A stretch of DNA of 64,000 bases from the human T2T-CHM13v2.0 reference genome, Homo sapiens, in NCBI RefSeq assembly GCF_009914755.1, contig NC_060943.1. One strand, given 5' to 3'. Shown piece by piece: positions 42,648-57,458 of this stretch (positions are counted from its first letter, which is position 1; each line of letters opens with the position of its first letter). The notes under the pieces were generated by a model. The model had not been told where the DNA came from, did not search any database, and saw nothing but the letters and a program-made list of their open reading frames with translations. A program made the position numbers and the translations under genes.

Positions 42648-44806
42648 TGAGCTCCCTCTGCACTGTAACTCAGTGTTTCCTCAAGCCTCGGGTCTTTCTC
42701 CATACTGTCCTCTCTGTTCCCCTGCCTGCCCCCTGCACAGCACTTAACGCCTGTCCATCTTGGGTCCAATATTGCCTCCTTGGGAAGCCTCTCAATTCTA
42801 TCTTCCCAGGGTGTTTTTCTCTGTTGTATTTATCACAGTTTACAATCATAGTCTTATCTGAGTAATATCTGTGTCCCCAGCTCAACTGTGAATCTGTCAG
42901 CCCAGGCCTGGCACAGCTCAGTGTTCAGTGAATGTCTGCTGAATGAATCTGTGTGACTGGAACCTCTTGGGCCCAGAATCAAGTTTGGGCCCACAGCAGT
43001 TGTGCGTCCACAAACTCCCTGCCCCGAGGAGGCTGAGGCAGCCATCTCTTTGCCCTCACTGGCCAAGTAAGGAAGCCCAGGCGGCCTTGGTCCCTCAGAG
43101 CCCCAGTGTCGTCATCTGGGAAATGGGGTGATCCTAAGGACACTAGCCTCATCCAGTTACTGGCAAGATGAAACTGATGACGAGGATTGCTCCAGCCAGC
43201 CCAGATGCCCTTGAGGCAGGAGTGAGGTCTGATTAATTTATCTAAAGCCTGGCACGAGGGCGGGGCTTCAGGAAATGACAGGCAAATCTTGGAGTTTGCA
43301 GGAATGAGCCTTTGTGAATGGCTCGTTTTGCAGGGAGCCCTGCCCAACTGGATTCTGACTCCTCATGACAACCCTAAGGGAAGCGTGATTATTATGATCT
43401 CTGTTACAGTTCACACATTCCTTCACTTATTAATCCAATAAATATTTGAGTGCCTATTTGCCTGGCATACCAGGCTCTAGAAATACAGGGTAAACAAGGC
43501 AGATACAGCCCTGCTTTTAGGATGTTCACCGTCCGGTGGGGACTAACAGTAACAATAACCTTCACTTCTCCTGAGGGTTTGCTGCGTGCCTGTGCCAAAC
43601 GCTCTACATTCATTCTAACCTCACAAAAGGAGGTACTCCTATCATCATACCCATTTTAGAGCTCAGAAAGCTGAGGCAGGGAAAGAGGGAGTCTCCTGCC
43701 CAGAACATCACAGCTCCCAGCCTGAGGAACCGGATCTCCGACGCCCACGTTTCTTAACTACAGTCTGTACTGCCTCTGGGTATGCTATACTGGTGTGAGG
43801 CTCAGTGTCTTGCTGTGACAGCGAGTGCCCTTGGGCTCCAGTCCGTCTGCCCTCTGAGCCTGTCTGAGCCTGCGTGTGTCTGAAGCCAACTCCAGGTCTA
43901 TTCTGGGCTAATGATGTGTTCTACGGCAGGGGAAGCAATGAGTTTGGGGTCCCTGGGGCTGAGGGGTGGTGTTAGTTTCCTTCCTGCATGGGAACCTCCC
44001 ACGGGTCCCCATGCTGATTGATAAATGCTTGTAACTGAGGACCTGCCCCTGCCTGAGGCTTGCAGCATTTCTGTTGGTCTGTCAGCCTTTGTTCCGCCTT
44101 TTGAGACCTGAAAATAATGTGACACCCTAGAGAAATGAGGCCTTCCCTTTTGCTGAGGCAGGTGTGGAGGTCTGAAGCCAAGCCAGGGCCCGTTGTCCTG
44201 GAAAGGGTAGGGGTCAGGGCTAGGCCCCAGTGGAGCCGGCTGAAGCGGGTTGACTGACAATGAATGGATGGATGGATGGACTGACTTGCCGGGTGGGAGG
44301 CCGGGACTGCGATGAACTTTACTGGCCCCGCTGCACTCTCCACTATGGGCACCCCTTCCTCCTACCTCTCCTTGACTCACCGCTAGACTTCCTCTTTGAG
44401 TAACACCTGCTAACCTCCTTCCCCCTTATCCTCTCAAGAGCGCTGGAGCCCTGAACATCGGCGCTTGAAGCATTCCCCAGGTGGGAAACACTGAGGGCAT
44501 CCGTTGCCCTTGGTCACACAGCGAATACGGAATCCGAGCGGGAACCCTGGTCCACGAAGCTCGCATTCCGGACTCTGCTCCCAAGCCGATCCGGGCGTCA
44601 GCTAGTCCCTGTGCCAGGGTGGGCCTCTCGGCTGTCACATCACCCCCTTCTCACAATGGATCATCCCGTTGTCCCCGCAAGCGGCAATGGGCCAGTCCGC
44701 GGACCCCCCCAACTCCCTGTGGCAGTGGGCCAGTCCACGCTGTCCCCACTGCCCCGTAGGATGTACGAGGTTCCTTCCGGGCTGCTGCCGGTCTCCGCGC
44801 GCTCAC

Positions 44807-44924
44807 CTTTGGCCTTGTCTTTTCGCCACCGCCGGCGACCGTGGCTCCTTGAGCCCTCTTTGGCATTCTTCGAGGCCGGGGCCATAGCGGCCTCGGCGGG
44901 CTCCGTTCCCCCGGCCAACTCCAT
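44807..44924 (-). CDS. LIPE: LIPE alternative coding first exon A (MELAGGTEPAEAAMAPASKNAKEGSRSHGRRRWRKDKAK)
   Basis: ATG at 44924 (second ATG at 44885); donor AAAG|gtgagc at 44807, phase 1, in frame with the 32230 acceptor; about 12.6 kb upstream of the common exon; resembles my recollection of the rodent exon A peptide. Confidence 0.8.
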
Positions 44925-45720
44925 CAATTCCCCGCGGTCCTCCCGCGGGGGCCAATTCCAGCCGCGAGGCCCTGCCCGGAGGGCCAATCCTCGCTACACA
45001 CTACTGTCGGGCCCCCCTATTACCCAATCCCGAGCTTGCTCTTCTCTGGGTCCAGCTCCCTAACCAATTCTGGTCTCCCTCCGCTGCCGTGCTCCGCCCC
45101 CAACCGCCAGAATTTAAGATCTGGCTCCGCCCCCTACCGCGCATTAAAGGGCTCGCGGCCAACAAAAAGGCAACCCCGGGGGTGGCGAAAAGCGTCCTTC
45201 GGGCAGGACTAGTGCGGAGCCCCGCGGGGAGCACCCCAGCAGGGAAGTCCCGATCTTCCCACGTGCTGGGAAGCCTCCCATGTGCTGGCTCAGTCTCGCC
45301 ATCCCACTCACCTTCCCAGGGAGGGATGCCCTAGCACGCGGCCCGGCCCGCCTTTTGAAGGGGGAAAGTGGGGCGCCTCTGAGCCTCTGCCTGGGGTGGG
45401 GGCGGGCCAGGTCCTCTGCCAACTCAAAGACGAGGCGGGGCGCCAGCGCTGGAGGCGTGGCTGTGCCTGAGAGCCGTTGGAGGAGGGAGCCCCGCTTTCC
45501 CTCTCCTGTCTCCTAGTTCTCCTATTGCGCTTTTCCTGGGGGATCTTTCTCCCTCTGTCTCCGCCCCCTAATCCATGCTCCCGATAATGAGGGTGGGGGA
45601 TGGTGGTAGGAGAACGCTCGGCGCCTGCGCACTAGCTTCAGGCCGCGGGCCGGCCCAAGAGCGGAGGTAGAGGGAACGACGCATGCTTGAGAAATGGCGG
45701 GAAACAGAGGAGGCTCGAGG

Positions 45721-45796
45721 CTTGCTCACACGCACACAGCCAACTGCTTCTGGACCGCCTTGCTCACACGCACACAGCCAACTGCTTCTGGACCGC
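45721..45796 (+). repeat. Perfect 38-bp tandem duplication
   Basis: CTTGCTCACACGCACACAGCCAACTGCTTCTGGACCGC x2 (45721-45758, 45759-45796). Confidence 0.97.
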
Positions 45797-46883
45797 CTGA
45801 AAGGCAACCTCGCCCGCCGCGGTGGTGTGGGGCGGGCATCCCTTGAGACTGTGCTCTGGAGGCCTGGAGAAACAGCTTTCTATCCTCAGCACTGGGGAGA
45901 GCAGGCCTCAATCCCTGCCTTTGCCTGCCGCCCCTCTTCCTTCCCTCTCAAAGCATACCCAGCAGCCCCGGCGCTGAGAAACGCGTTACTCTCTTATCAG
46001 CTGTGGGAGAGACAAGACAGACTGGCCTCTGGGCGGAGGGGCCGCCATTGCCTGCCCTCTGGACCAGGGCCTCACAGATACCCTCAGCTTCAGGATTAGG
46101 GCTGCGTTGGTTTTTCCCCCCACATCAGGGGACTTCAACAAGTAACCTCCAGTTCCATAGATAAAACTTGTATTCCCCCCTTCTCCATGGCAGGGGTTTT
46201 GAGCCTAGAGAAGGAAGATCGGAGCTTCCTGGGGCTCCTGTGAAGCAGGCAGGGGGCAGCACTGGGCCCCGGGAAGAGGCGGAGAAGGCGAGGGAGTGCC
46301 TGCGGTGAGCCCAGAGCCTTGGGCCCGTTATCCTCTGATGCTGCTCCCCCAACTTTCCTGCCGTCAGTCCCTGACCTTGCCTGAGACCTTGGCGGCTCCC
46401 GCACCTCTCTCCCGGCTCCTCCTTGCTGAGAACACAACCCGCAAGGCCCTTCCGCCTGGCTGGACTGAGTCCCCTATGGAGGCAGCCTGGCAGGGAGCAG
46501 GTATCTTCCTGGCAGAAGAGGACAGACCTGGTAAACTGAGAGACTGTTGATGCCCCAATGTTCTGCCTAGCCTGCCTGGAAACTCCAGAAGGGTAAGGTA
46601 CCGTCTTTGTATTGTATTGCTGGGACTTACGCCCGTGTCTACCCCAGAGCTGGTGCTCAGTCAGTTTCTGTGGATGGATGAATGAACACTGGCAAGAGGG
46701 CCGCTTTCCTGGTCTCCTGGTCCCTAGCTCAGAGTGCCTTCCCACTCTGGGATTTGATTTTCCCCAAATCCTCTATAGGGAGGCAGCCTGGTCCAGGGGA
46801 GAAAGACCCCGGCTTCAAATCCTGACTTTGCCACTTCCTAACTGCATGGCCCTGTGCAAGAACCCTTACTTCTTTATTTTCTA

Positions 46884-47513
<630 letters not shown>

Positions 47514-47654
47514 AATAATGGGGATGTTGATCTTTATCTCAGGATTGTTGAAGGATGACCAGAGCTAACCTGATACACCGTAAGTTTTTAGTATTTTTTA
47601 AGTAAATGAATGACTGTCCCTGAGAGGCTTCAATTCCTCCAGATTCACACTCAC

Positions 47655-48537
47655 CTGTATCCTGGTAGTGTCTGTGATTCCGAGCACTGGTTTTCTCATG
47701 TGGCGACGTCCCACTGTATCCTGACATCACTTTATAACCAGATTTTCCTTTGAAGCCTAGCTTCACTCCCTGGGCCACCATTCCACCCATCGTGGCTGGA
47801 GAATCTGTGTCTGAAGATGATCCCACATCTGATTCTGACTCAGAATCTGTGACCCACTCAGAAAGTGCCTTCCACTCTAGGGCTGATCGCTGTATGGATA
47901 GTTCCTGAAGTTTTGTTAGAAATCCCAGCTCTGTCAAAGATCCCTGCTTGGATTTGGCTCCCTGGACTGGCGTTGTTTGCTTGTCTGACTGTTCAGGTGT
48001 CTCTTGGGACGTAGATTCAGTCGGGGCAGATGGCTCCCTTTTGGCTCCAGGTTTAGCCTGGGCCGCAGGTGTTGATTCAGCTTCTTGTTGAGCTGGAGGT
48101 GGCTCTCCTGGCCCAGGCCCTGGCTGGGCTACATGTCTTTGTCTCAATGCTGGCTCCTGTTGAGTTATAGATTCTTTTCCTAGCCCAGGTCCCTGCTGGG
48201 AGGCAGCTTCCTGTTGAGTGAGCAGCACCCTTTGGATGTAAGGTGATTGCTGTGGTGCGGGCTTCTGTGGGGCAAGAAATTCCTCTTGTGAAGCAGATTT
48301 TTGTTGGGCTCTAGGTTCCTTCTGGGATTCAGCATCATGTTGTGCAGGGGTCTCCTGCTGGGTGAGGGGTCTTTGGTTTGAAGCAGGCTTCTGTTGGGTA
48401 TTGGATCCCTGCAGAGTCTTCGATTCTGGCTGGGCTATGGGTGTCTTTTCTGGCCCAGGCTCTAGCGGGGTTATAGGCCTCTGGTGTGGTTCAGGTTGCC
48501 AGTCTGACCTAGACACTGACTTAGAACCTGGCTCCAT
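47655..48537 (-). CDS. LIPE: LIPE testis-specific coding first exon T (MEPGSKSVSRSDWQ...HYQDT), 294 codons + 1 nt
   Basis: ATG at 48537 within ORF 47539..48552; donor ACAG|gtgagt at 47655; 883 nt; gives the 1076-aa testicular HSL. Confidence 0.96.
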
Positions 48538-48829
48538 TGTTATTTCCCTCACGGGAGATATTGATCTTCCAGGTTCTATCCTTCTGGGCTCCCACCCAGC
48601 CCTCTCTCTTCACAGATCTCTCATTGATTCCTCATGATGGCACTTCCTCTTGGGTTTCACTCCATCCTAGCATCACTGGTCTTCCTTTTTAAGGCAGCTG
48701 GCAGTTGGCCGATCACAGCTGGCCCCCACTAAGTAATGAACTCTGTGCCTCTTTCTTTGGTGGGAGGATTAGGAATAGGAGGAGGCTATGTGCCTAGCAC
48801 TCTCTTACAAGAAGGGAGGGGCTTGCTCT

Positions 48830-48866
48830 CTTGTGTCATAAATAGGGCCCCACCCCACCCACCACT
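48830..48866 (-). promoter_or_regulatory. LIPE: LIPE testis promoter: TATA-like TATTTAT and GT-rich/CACCC element
   Basis: ATAAATA on + at 48838-48844; ccccaccccacccacc at about 48848-48863; about 300 nt upstream of the exon T ATG. Confidence 0.6.
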
Positions 48867-49093
48867 CCGTTAAAATGTTTCTTCTCATAAGGCAAGCATC
48901 CCAATTTAGGCCTCCGTGTCATCTGGGATGACAGAAGCCAGATGCTGGATGAGTGTTCCTTTTTTCTCTTTCCTTCTAATGTCTGAGGAAAGCGTCATTC
49001 AGGGGGCAGTCTCTGTAGTTGTTGTAATAATTATTTCCCTCTTTGTTCATTCCTACAAATGGTTGCCAGATTATTTATTTATTTACTTATTGA

Positions 49094-49309
<216 letters not shown>

Positions 49310-49945
49310 TGATCCACCCCCACCCCCCGCCCCCGGGCCTCCCAAAGTGCTGGGTTTACAGGTGTGAGCCACCACGCCCAGCCAGGTTGCTAGTTTAATT
49401 TCCTTATATTGTCATTCTGATCATTTAACTCTCATGTTAAAAACTAATGTCATGCCTTCCCACTTTTATAGCTTGAGGCCCTTCTGAATGGCATTTGAGA
49501 TACTCCATGCTATCTCTCTAGCCCTGAACTATGATCCTGTACTAGATTGGAAACTCACAGAAGACAGTGACCACTGATGACAATGACTGATAATGATGGT
49601 GGTAATGGTGATGATAGTAGTCATAAATACCAAAGGCTGCCTAAGTGCTAAGAAACTGTGCCAAGTTTTTTTTTTAAACCTATATTATCTTTAATAAGAC
49701 CGTGTCTGGTTCATTGGTATGCTTTTTTTTTTTTGTCCCACCTCGCTCTTACCTCAGAAAGATTTGTCGAATGAGTGAAAGATGAACAAGTAGGCCAATG
49801 GAGACAGAGTGAGGGTCTTGGTGGGGATAAGTATGTGTAGAATCTGGATTCAGTCTGCAGTGAATAGGGTAAAATGGGTCATCTGGTTGTGAATTGGCAG
49901 ACCCCATTTGAAGGAAACAATTTTGATCTGTGACATTTAAAAATA

Positions 49946-49951
49946 TTTATT
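49946..49951 (-). terminator. CXCL17: CXCL17 polyadenylation signal (AATAAA)
   Basis: TTTATT on + at 49946-49951, about 320 nt after the stop codon. Confidence 0.75.
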
Positions 49952-50271
49952 GACTTCTGTTTGCTACTTTCCTGATTGCATTTAAGGTTAAATGACACTA
50001 GCTAGGAAGCTACAGTTTCCTGGAATCTTTCAGGTAATTAAGCCTAAGCCTGGGTAAGGGGAGGGCACAGGCTAAGACTGACGAGAGAAGAAGACACTAG
50101 AGAGAGCAACAAACAAAATGATCTTGAAAAACATGCTTTTTGAGAGCACTGGAATGATTTAGGGGTGGGTACAGTGGGAGAGTGAGGTGGGAGAAGAAGA
50201 GTGTCTGGTAGGTGTGCTCACTGTCTTCTTGGCTGAGAATGTTTAATTGGAAGAGTGGGCGCTCAGAGCTC

Positions 50272-50369
50272 CTACAAAGGCAGAGCAAAGCTTCTTAGCT
50301 GACATTGTTTGAGAAATTGCTGGCAGGCTCTGGAATGCTTGTTTGGCTTTCTGTGGTGCCTTTGGTGTC
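50272..50369 (-). CDS. CXCL17: C-X-C motif chemokine 17, last exon (RHQRHHRKPNKHSRACQQFLKQCQLRSFALPL*)
   Basis: Acceptor ctag|GA at 50369 and TAG at 50274-50272; 98 nt. Confidence 0.95.
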
Positions 50370-50416
50370 CTAGGGTGCAAATAAAGGGGAGAGGCTAGTG
50401 TTAAAACCATTTTTAA

Positions 50417-50894
<478 letters not shown>

Positions 50895-51353
50895 TAGTAG
50901 AGATGGGGTTTCACCATGTTGGCCAGGCTGGTCTTGAACTCCTGACCTCAGGTGATCCACCCGCTTTTGCCTCCCAAAATGCTAGGATTACAGGTGTGAG
51001 CCACTGTGCCCAGCCAACATTTAATTTTTATGAGAGTTTTAAAAATTATAAAAATAAGACTCATCCAGTGGAAAAAAATTTTAAAATCCAGTAAAAAGTA
51101 AAAGGACTCCTCCCACCCCAGCCTCTACAACACATTTTCCAGGGCTAACCACTGTTAATAGTTTGCTACGTATTTTTCCATACCTTCTGGTATATAAATA
51201 CAATGGTTTATTTTAAAAACAAAAATGAGATTATACTATACGTATTGCCTTAGTCGGCACCTTTAAGAAATCTGGCCGGGCATAGTGGCTTGTGCCTATA
51301 ATCTCAGCACTTTGGGAGGCCGAGGTGGGCAGATTGCCTGAGCCCAGGAGTTA

Positions 51354-51623
<270 letters not shown>

Positions 51624-51835
51624 CTATACATGCAATTCAATAAATAGTTATAAAGCAGATATTCATGAAACTACTACCTAGGCTTAGAAATAGAATATTG
51701 TGTCCGGGCACGGTGGCTCATGCCTGTAATCCCTGCACTTTGGGAGCCCGAGGCAGGCAGATCACCTGAGGTCAGGGGTTCGAGACCAGCCTGACCAACA
51801 TGGAGAAATCCATCTCTACTAAAAATACAAAATTA

Positions 51836-52048
<213 letters not shown>

Positions 52049-52097
52049 TCACTGCTTTCTCTCCCCCTCACAGTGATAATCTTGACTTTTATAGTAA

Positions 52098-52349
<252 letters not shown>

Positions 52350-52408
52350 TAAGTAGCTGGGATTACAGATGTGCACCATCACGCCCGGCTAATTTTTTTG
52401 TATTTTAA

Positions 52409-52684
<276 letters not shown>

Positions 52685-53491
52685 TAGCAATTCCTTATAT
52701 ATGTATTCTGAATACTAATCCTTTGAAGGTTGTGTATGTTACAGATATCGTCTCCTATTTGGCAGCTTGTCATTTTATTCTTTTGATGATCAAAATTTCA
52801 TAATCTCAGTGAAGTCAGATTTATTTACTCTTTTACTTTATGGTTTGTGCATTTTGTATTTTGTTTAAGAAAGGCTTTCATACCTCAAGGTTGTGAATAT
52901 ATTCTCCTGTATTTCCTTGTAAATTTGTCTTTCAAATTTAGATCTGTAATCCACCTGAAACTTACGTTAATGAAGGATGTGAAATAGGGGGTCTCTACAT
53001 CATTTTTTTTTCATTAATATATTGTGGATATCTCTCCAGCCAACACATAATGATTTATCTCATTATTATTATTATTATTTTTATTATTATTGTTATTATT
53101 ATATTTATTTTAGAGACAGGATCTTGCTATGTTGCCCAGGCTGGTCTTGAGCTCCTTGGCTTACTGGATCCTCCTGCCTCAGCCTCCTGAGTAGCTAGGA
53201 TTATAGGCCTGAGCCACTGCCCCTGGTTTACTTAATTATTTTTGACAGTAATTAGTTTTTCCCAATTTGCCTTTGAAGAAAATTTCCCCCATTTATTTGT
53301 CAATACAAATACTGCTATAATTAATATTCTTGTACCTATATTTTGAGCATCCATGCTAGTATTCCATTGTTGAGATTTCCTAAAGTAAGATTACTAAAGT
53401 TATTATACTCATTTACAATTTTGATACAGCCAAATTTATTTTACTTCCGTCAATAGTGTATAAGGATCCTGATATATCCCATTCTTGATAA

Positions 53492-53752
<261 letters not shown>

Positions 53753-54364
53753 TGAACTCCTGGCCTCAAGCAATCCGCCTGCCTCGGCCTCCCAAAGTAC
53801 TGGGATTACAGGCATGAGCCACTGTGCCCGGCTGCCAATTTACTTTTTATATGACACTTAAAAACTGGTAGACTAAACTGGGTGTGGTGGTGTGTACCTC
53901 TAACCCCAGATCCTTGGGAGGCTGTGGTGGAAGGATCACTTGAGCCCAGGAGTTTGAGACCAACCTGGGCAACATGGCAAGACCCCCTACTCAAAAAACA
54001 GAACAAAATAACAAACACAAAACTGCTAGACTAGGGAGGAGTCAAATTCTGTTTGATGCTGACACTGGTGTAATCTTCAGAGATTAATGACCAGATCTCC
54101 AACAGCCCCATCTACCCCCACTTTGGTAAACAGTGAGGTTTTAAAATCTAAGAATTTGGTTAAACCTTTCCAGTATCAGGAAAATTGTATCCTGCTTTTC
54201 CTCTCTTCCTATTTCCCGACAAGGTGACATTGAGTAGAAAGGGCTGAGTTGTGTGCTTATCCTGGTCTTAATTTCACCTCTTTTTTCTATTCTCAACGTG
54301 CTTCTTCCCTAGTGATTTCACGGAGTGACTCTGGTATAAGGAAAATCATCCTTTGGAAACTTAC

Positions 54365-54466
54365 TTGTTTTCTTCACATTGCCCTTGAAATGATCACAGG
54401 GGCACTGCTTCTTTGGCAGCCCAGACACTGTCATGAATTTTCTTCTCGGGGCTCTCAGGAACCAAT
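54365..54466 (-). CDS. CXCL17: CXCL17 exon 3 (DWFLRAPRRKFMTVSGLPKKQCPCDHFKGNVKKT)
   Basis: Acceptor ccag|AT at 54466 and donor A|gtaagt at 54365; 102 nt; CPC motif. Confidence 0.95.
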
Positions 54467-54657
54467 CTGGAACAACAGCATTGCTGCTTAGATGGGAGAG
54501 TTAATACATTTGATAGGAGGGAGTAGGACAGAGCTTTAATCGCCATCTTCTGTGCCTTGCATTTCCACTGCAATGGGGTGGGAAAAGGGGTCAACAGAGA
54601 ACAGTGTCCATCCAGCTATTTGAATGCCAGTATTTCTGAGTTGTTTTTCCTGACAAC

Positions 54658-54712
54658 TTTGGGCAAGGTTTGGGCAAGGGTTTGGGCAAGGGTTTGGTGG
54701 CAGGTTTGGAGG
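54658..54712 (+). repeat. Short 11-12 bp G-rich tandem repeat (TTTGGGCAAGG[G])n
   Basis: 3 near-perfect and 2 degenerate units in CXCL17 intron 2. Confidence 0.9.
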
Positions 54713-55164
54713 GTGCATCAGAATATCATTACTCCAAAGAATGAGGAGTAAGGCTTGGGTGTCTGCTTTTCAGTGGCTACTTTCCCTTGGGGAAGCCATT
54801 TTGCCTCTCTGCTTTCAGTCTTGCCTGTGAGTAAAATAAGGCTGAGAATAGGATTCAGGAAGCTTTTGGAAGGCCAGGAAAAAATAAAAAGGCTTTTGGA
54901 CGGTAGCTCTGGGTTCTTCAGGAAAAGGATAAGGGGCAGGGCGCAGCCTGACATTTGGCTGGCTTTCCCCTAGACCTTGGAGAAGTCCAGTTCTTGCCTG
55001 AGAGTCAGGAAGAAAGTGGGCACAGGTGCTGCATGTGGCAGGCTGTGGAGAGGGGAATGGGTGAGGTCAGCTGAGATAACATCTGCATTGGTCTCAGAGG
55101 GGCCCAAGGGAGAGAGCTGGGGTCATGGTGATGCCATCGCTGTTGTTGTTGCTGAATTACTGAC

Positions 55165-55245
55165 CTTTGCACTCACATTCTTGGCCGCCTTCCTGGAGCC
55201 ATCTCCTAGAAGCCTGGCCTCGGTCCCTGTGGCCTCTGGCGACCC
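55165..55245 (-). CDS. CXCL17: CXCL17 exon 2 (GVARGHRDRGQASRRWLQEGGQECECK); exon 1 with the signal peptide lies outside the window
   Basis: Acceptor acag|GG at 55245 and donor AAAG|gtcagt at 55165; 81 nt; CEC motif. Confidence 0.95.
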
Positions 55246-55984
55246 CTGTCGGAAGGAAACAGGTCACATCCAGACACTGGAAAGGGCACAGAAATGATCC
55301 TCCCAGCATTGTTCTACCTAGGTCAGCACAGTTCCATTTTTCCATTTTTACTTCAAGAATCTAGGTTACTTCAAGAGATGAATATTTTATTTTTATTTAT
55401 ATTTTTGAGATGGGGTCTTGCTGTGTTGCCTAGGCTGGTCTTGAACTCTTGGGCTCCAGTGGTCCTCCTGCCTTGGCCTCCCAAAGTGCTAGGATTATAG
55501 GCGTGAGCCACTGTGCCCAGCTGAGGGGTATTTTAATCGATAAGGGATTGAGGTTTAAAATCTGGCCTATACATAAGCATATTCAAAAATTTAATGATTA
55601 AAAAAATCTGGCCTAGAGAAAAGCTTAGCTGAAGGTAGGTGGAGAAAGAATGGCTTCTAGATGGAAGAGATGATAAAAGGCAGGGGTTTGTCGAAACCTC
55701 CTGCCCTCTCCTCATACCTCACATTAAAATCCTCATGACTTAAAAGAGTGAGAGCGAGGAGGAGATTATTCCTTAAATCAAGATTTTCCCTTGACCTCCA
55801 AGTTGCTGGGTTTTTTGTTTGTTTGTTTGTTTTTTGAGACAGAGTCTCACTCTGTCATCCAGGCTGGAGTGTAGTGGTGCAATCACGGCTCACTGCAGCC
55901 TTGACCTCCTGGGTTTGGTTGGTCCTCCCATCTCAGCCTCCTGGGTAGCTGAGGCTTCAGGCATGCACCACCACTCCTGGCTAG

Positions 55985-56122
<138 letters not shown>

Positions 56123-56380
56123 TAGCTGTATTTGAATCCAGAGTCCCAGTTCAACTATTAAACGATGGTATTTACCTTTGTTCCTCTGGAACAAATACAT
56201 TCTTCTTTTGGCCTTTATCCGAGCCTGTTTTATTTTCCGATTCTATCTTATCTCCATTTTTTGATACTTAAAATATTCCTATGACAGGCTGGGCACGGTG
56301 GCTCATGCCTGGAATCCCAGCACTTTGGGAGGCTGAGGCAGGCGGATCATGAGGTCAGGAGGTCAAGACCATCCTGGCTA

Positions 56381-56626
<246 letters not shown>

Positions 56627-56769
56627 TCAAGTAAGAGCTTGGCTCAGATGACACTTCCTTTATGGTAGTTTCTGATATTTCCTGTCAACATGAATTATAC
56701 CTTCATATGGTTCCCATTGTTGTTGAATGCAGTTCTGTTATTGCACTGTAATGTTGTTGTTTGAAATCT

Positions 56770-57458
<689 letters not shown>

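Larger units (their letters stand above)
44420..46120. promoter_or_regulatory. CpG island / probably bidirectional promoter for LIPE exon A with a CCAAT array and GC boxes
   Basis: CpG-dense; CCAAT at 44952, 44984, 45024 and 45064; CTCCGCCCC motifs at about 45092 and 45125; CACGTG at about 45260. Confidence 0.8.

Noticed and set aside
46245-46262. Fourth CTCF-like motif (CAGGCAGGGGGCAGC)
   Set aside because: Lacks the conserved 5' CC of the core; weak match
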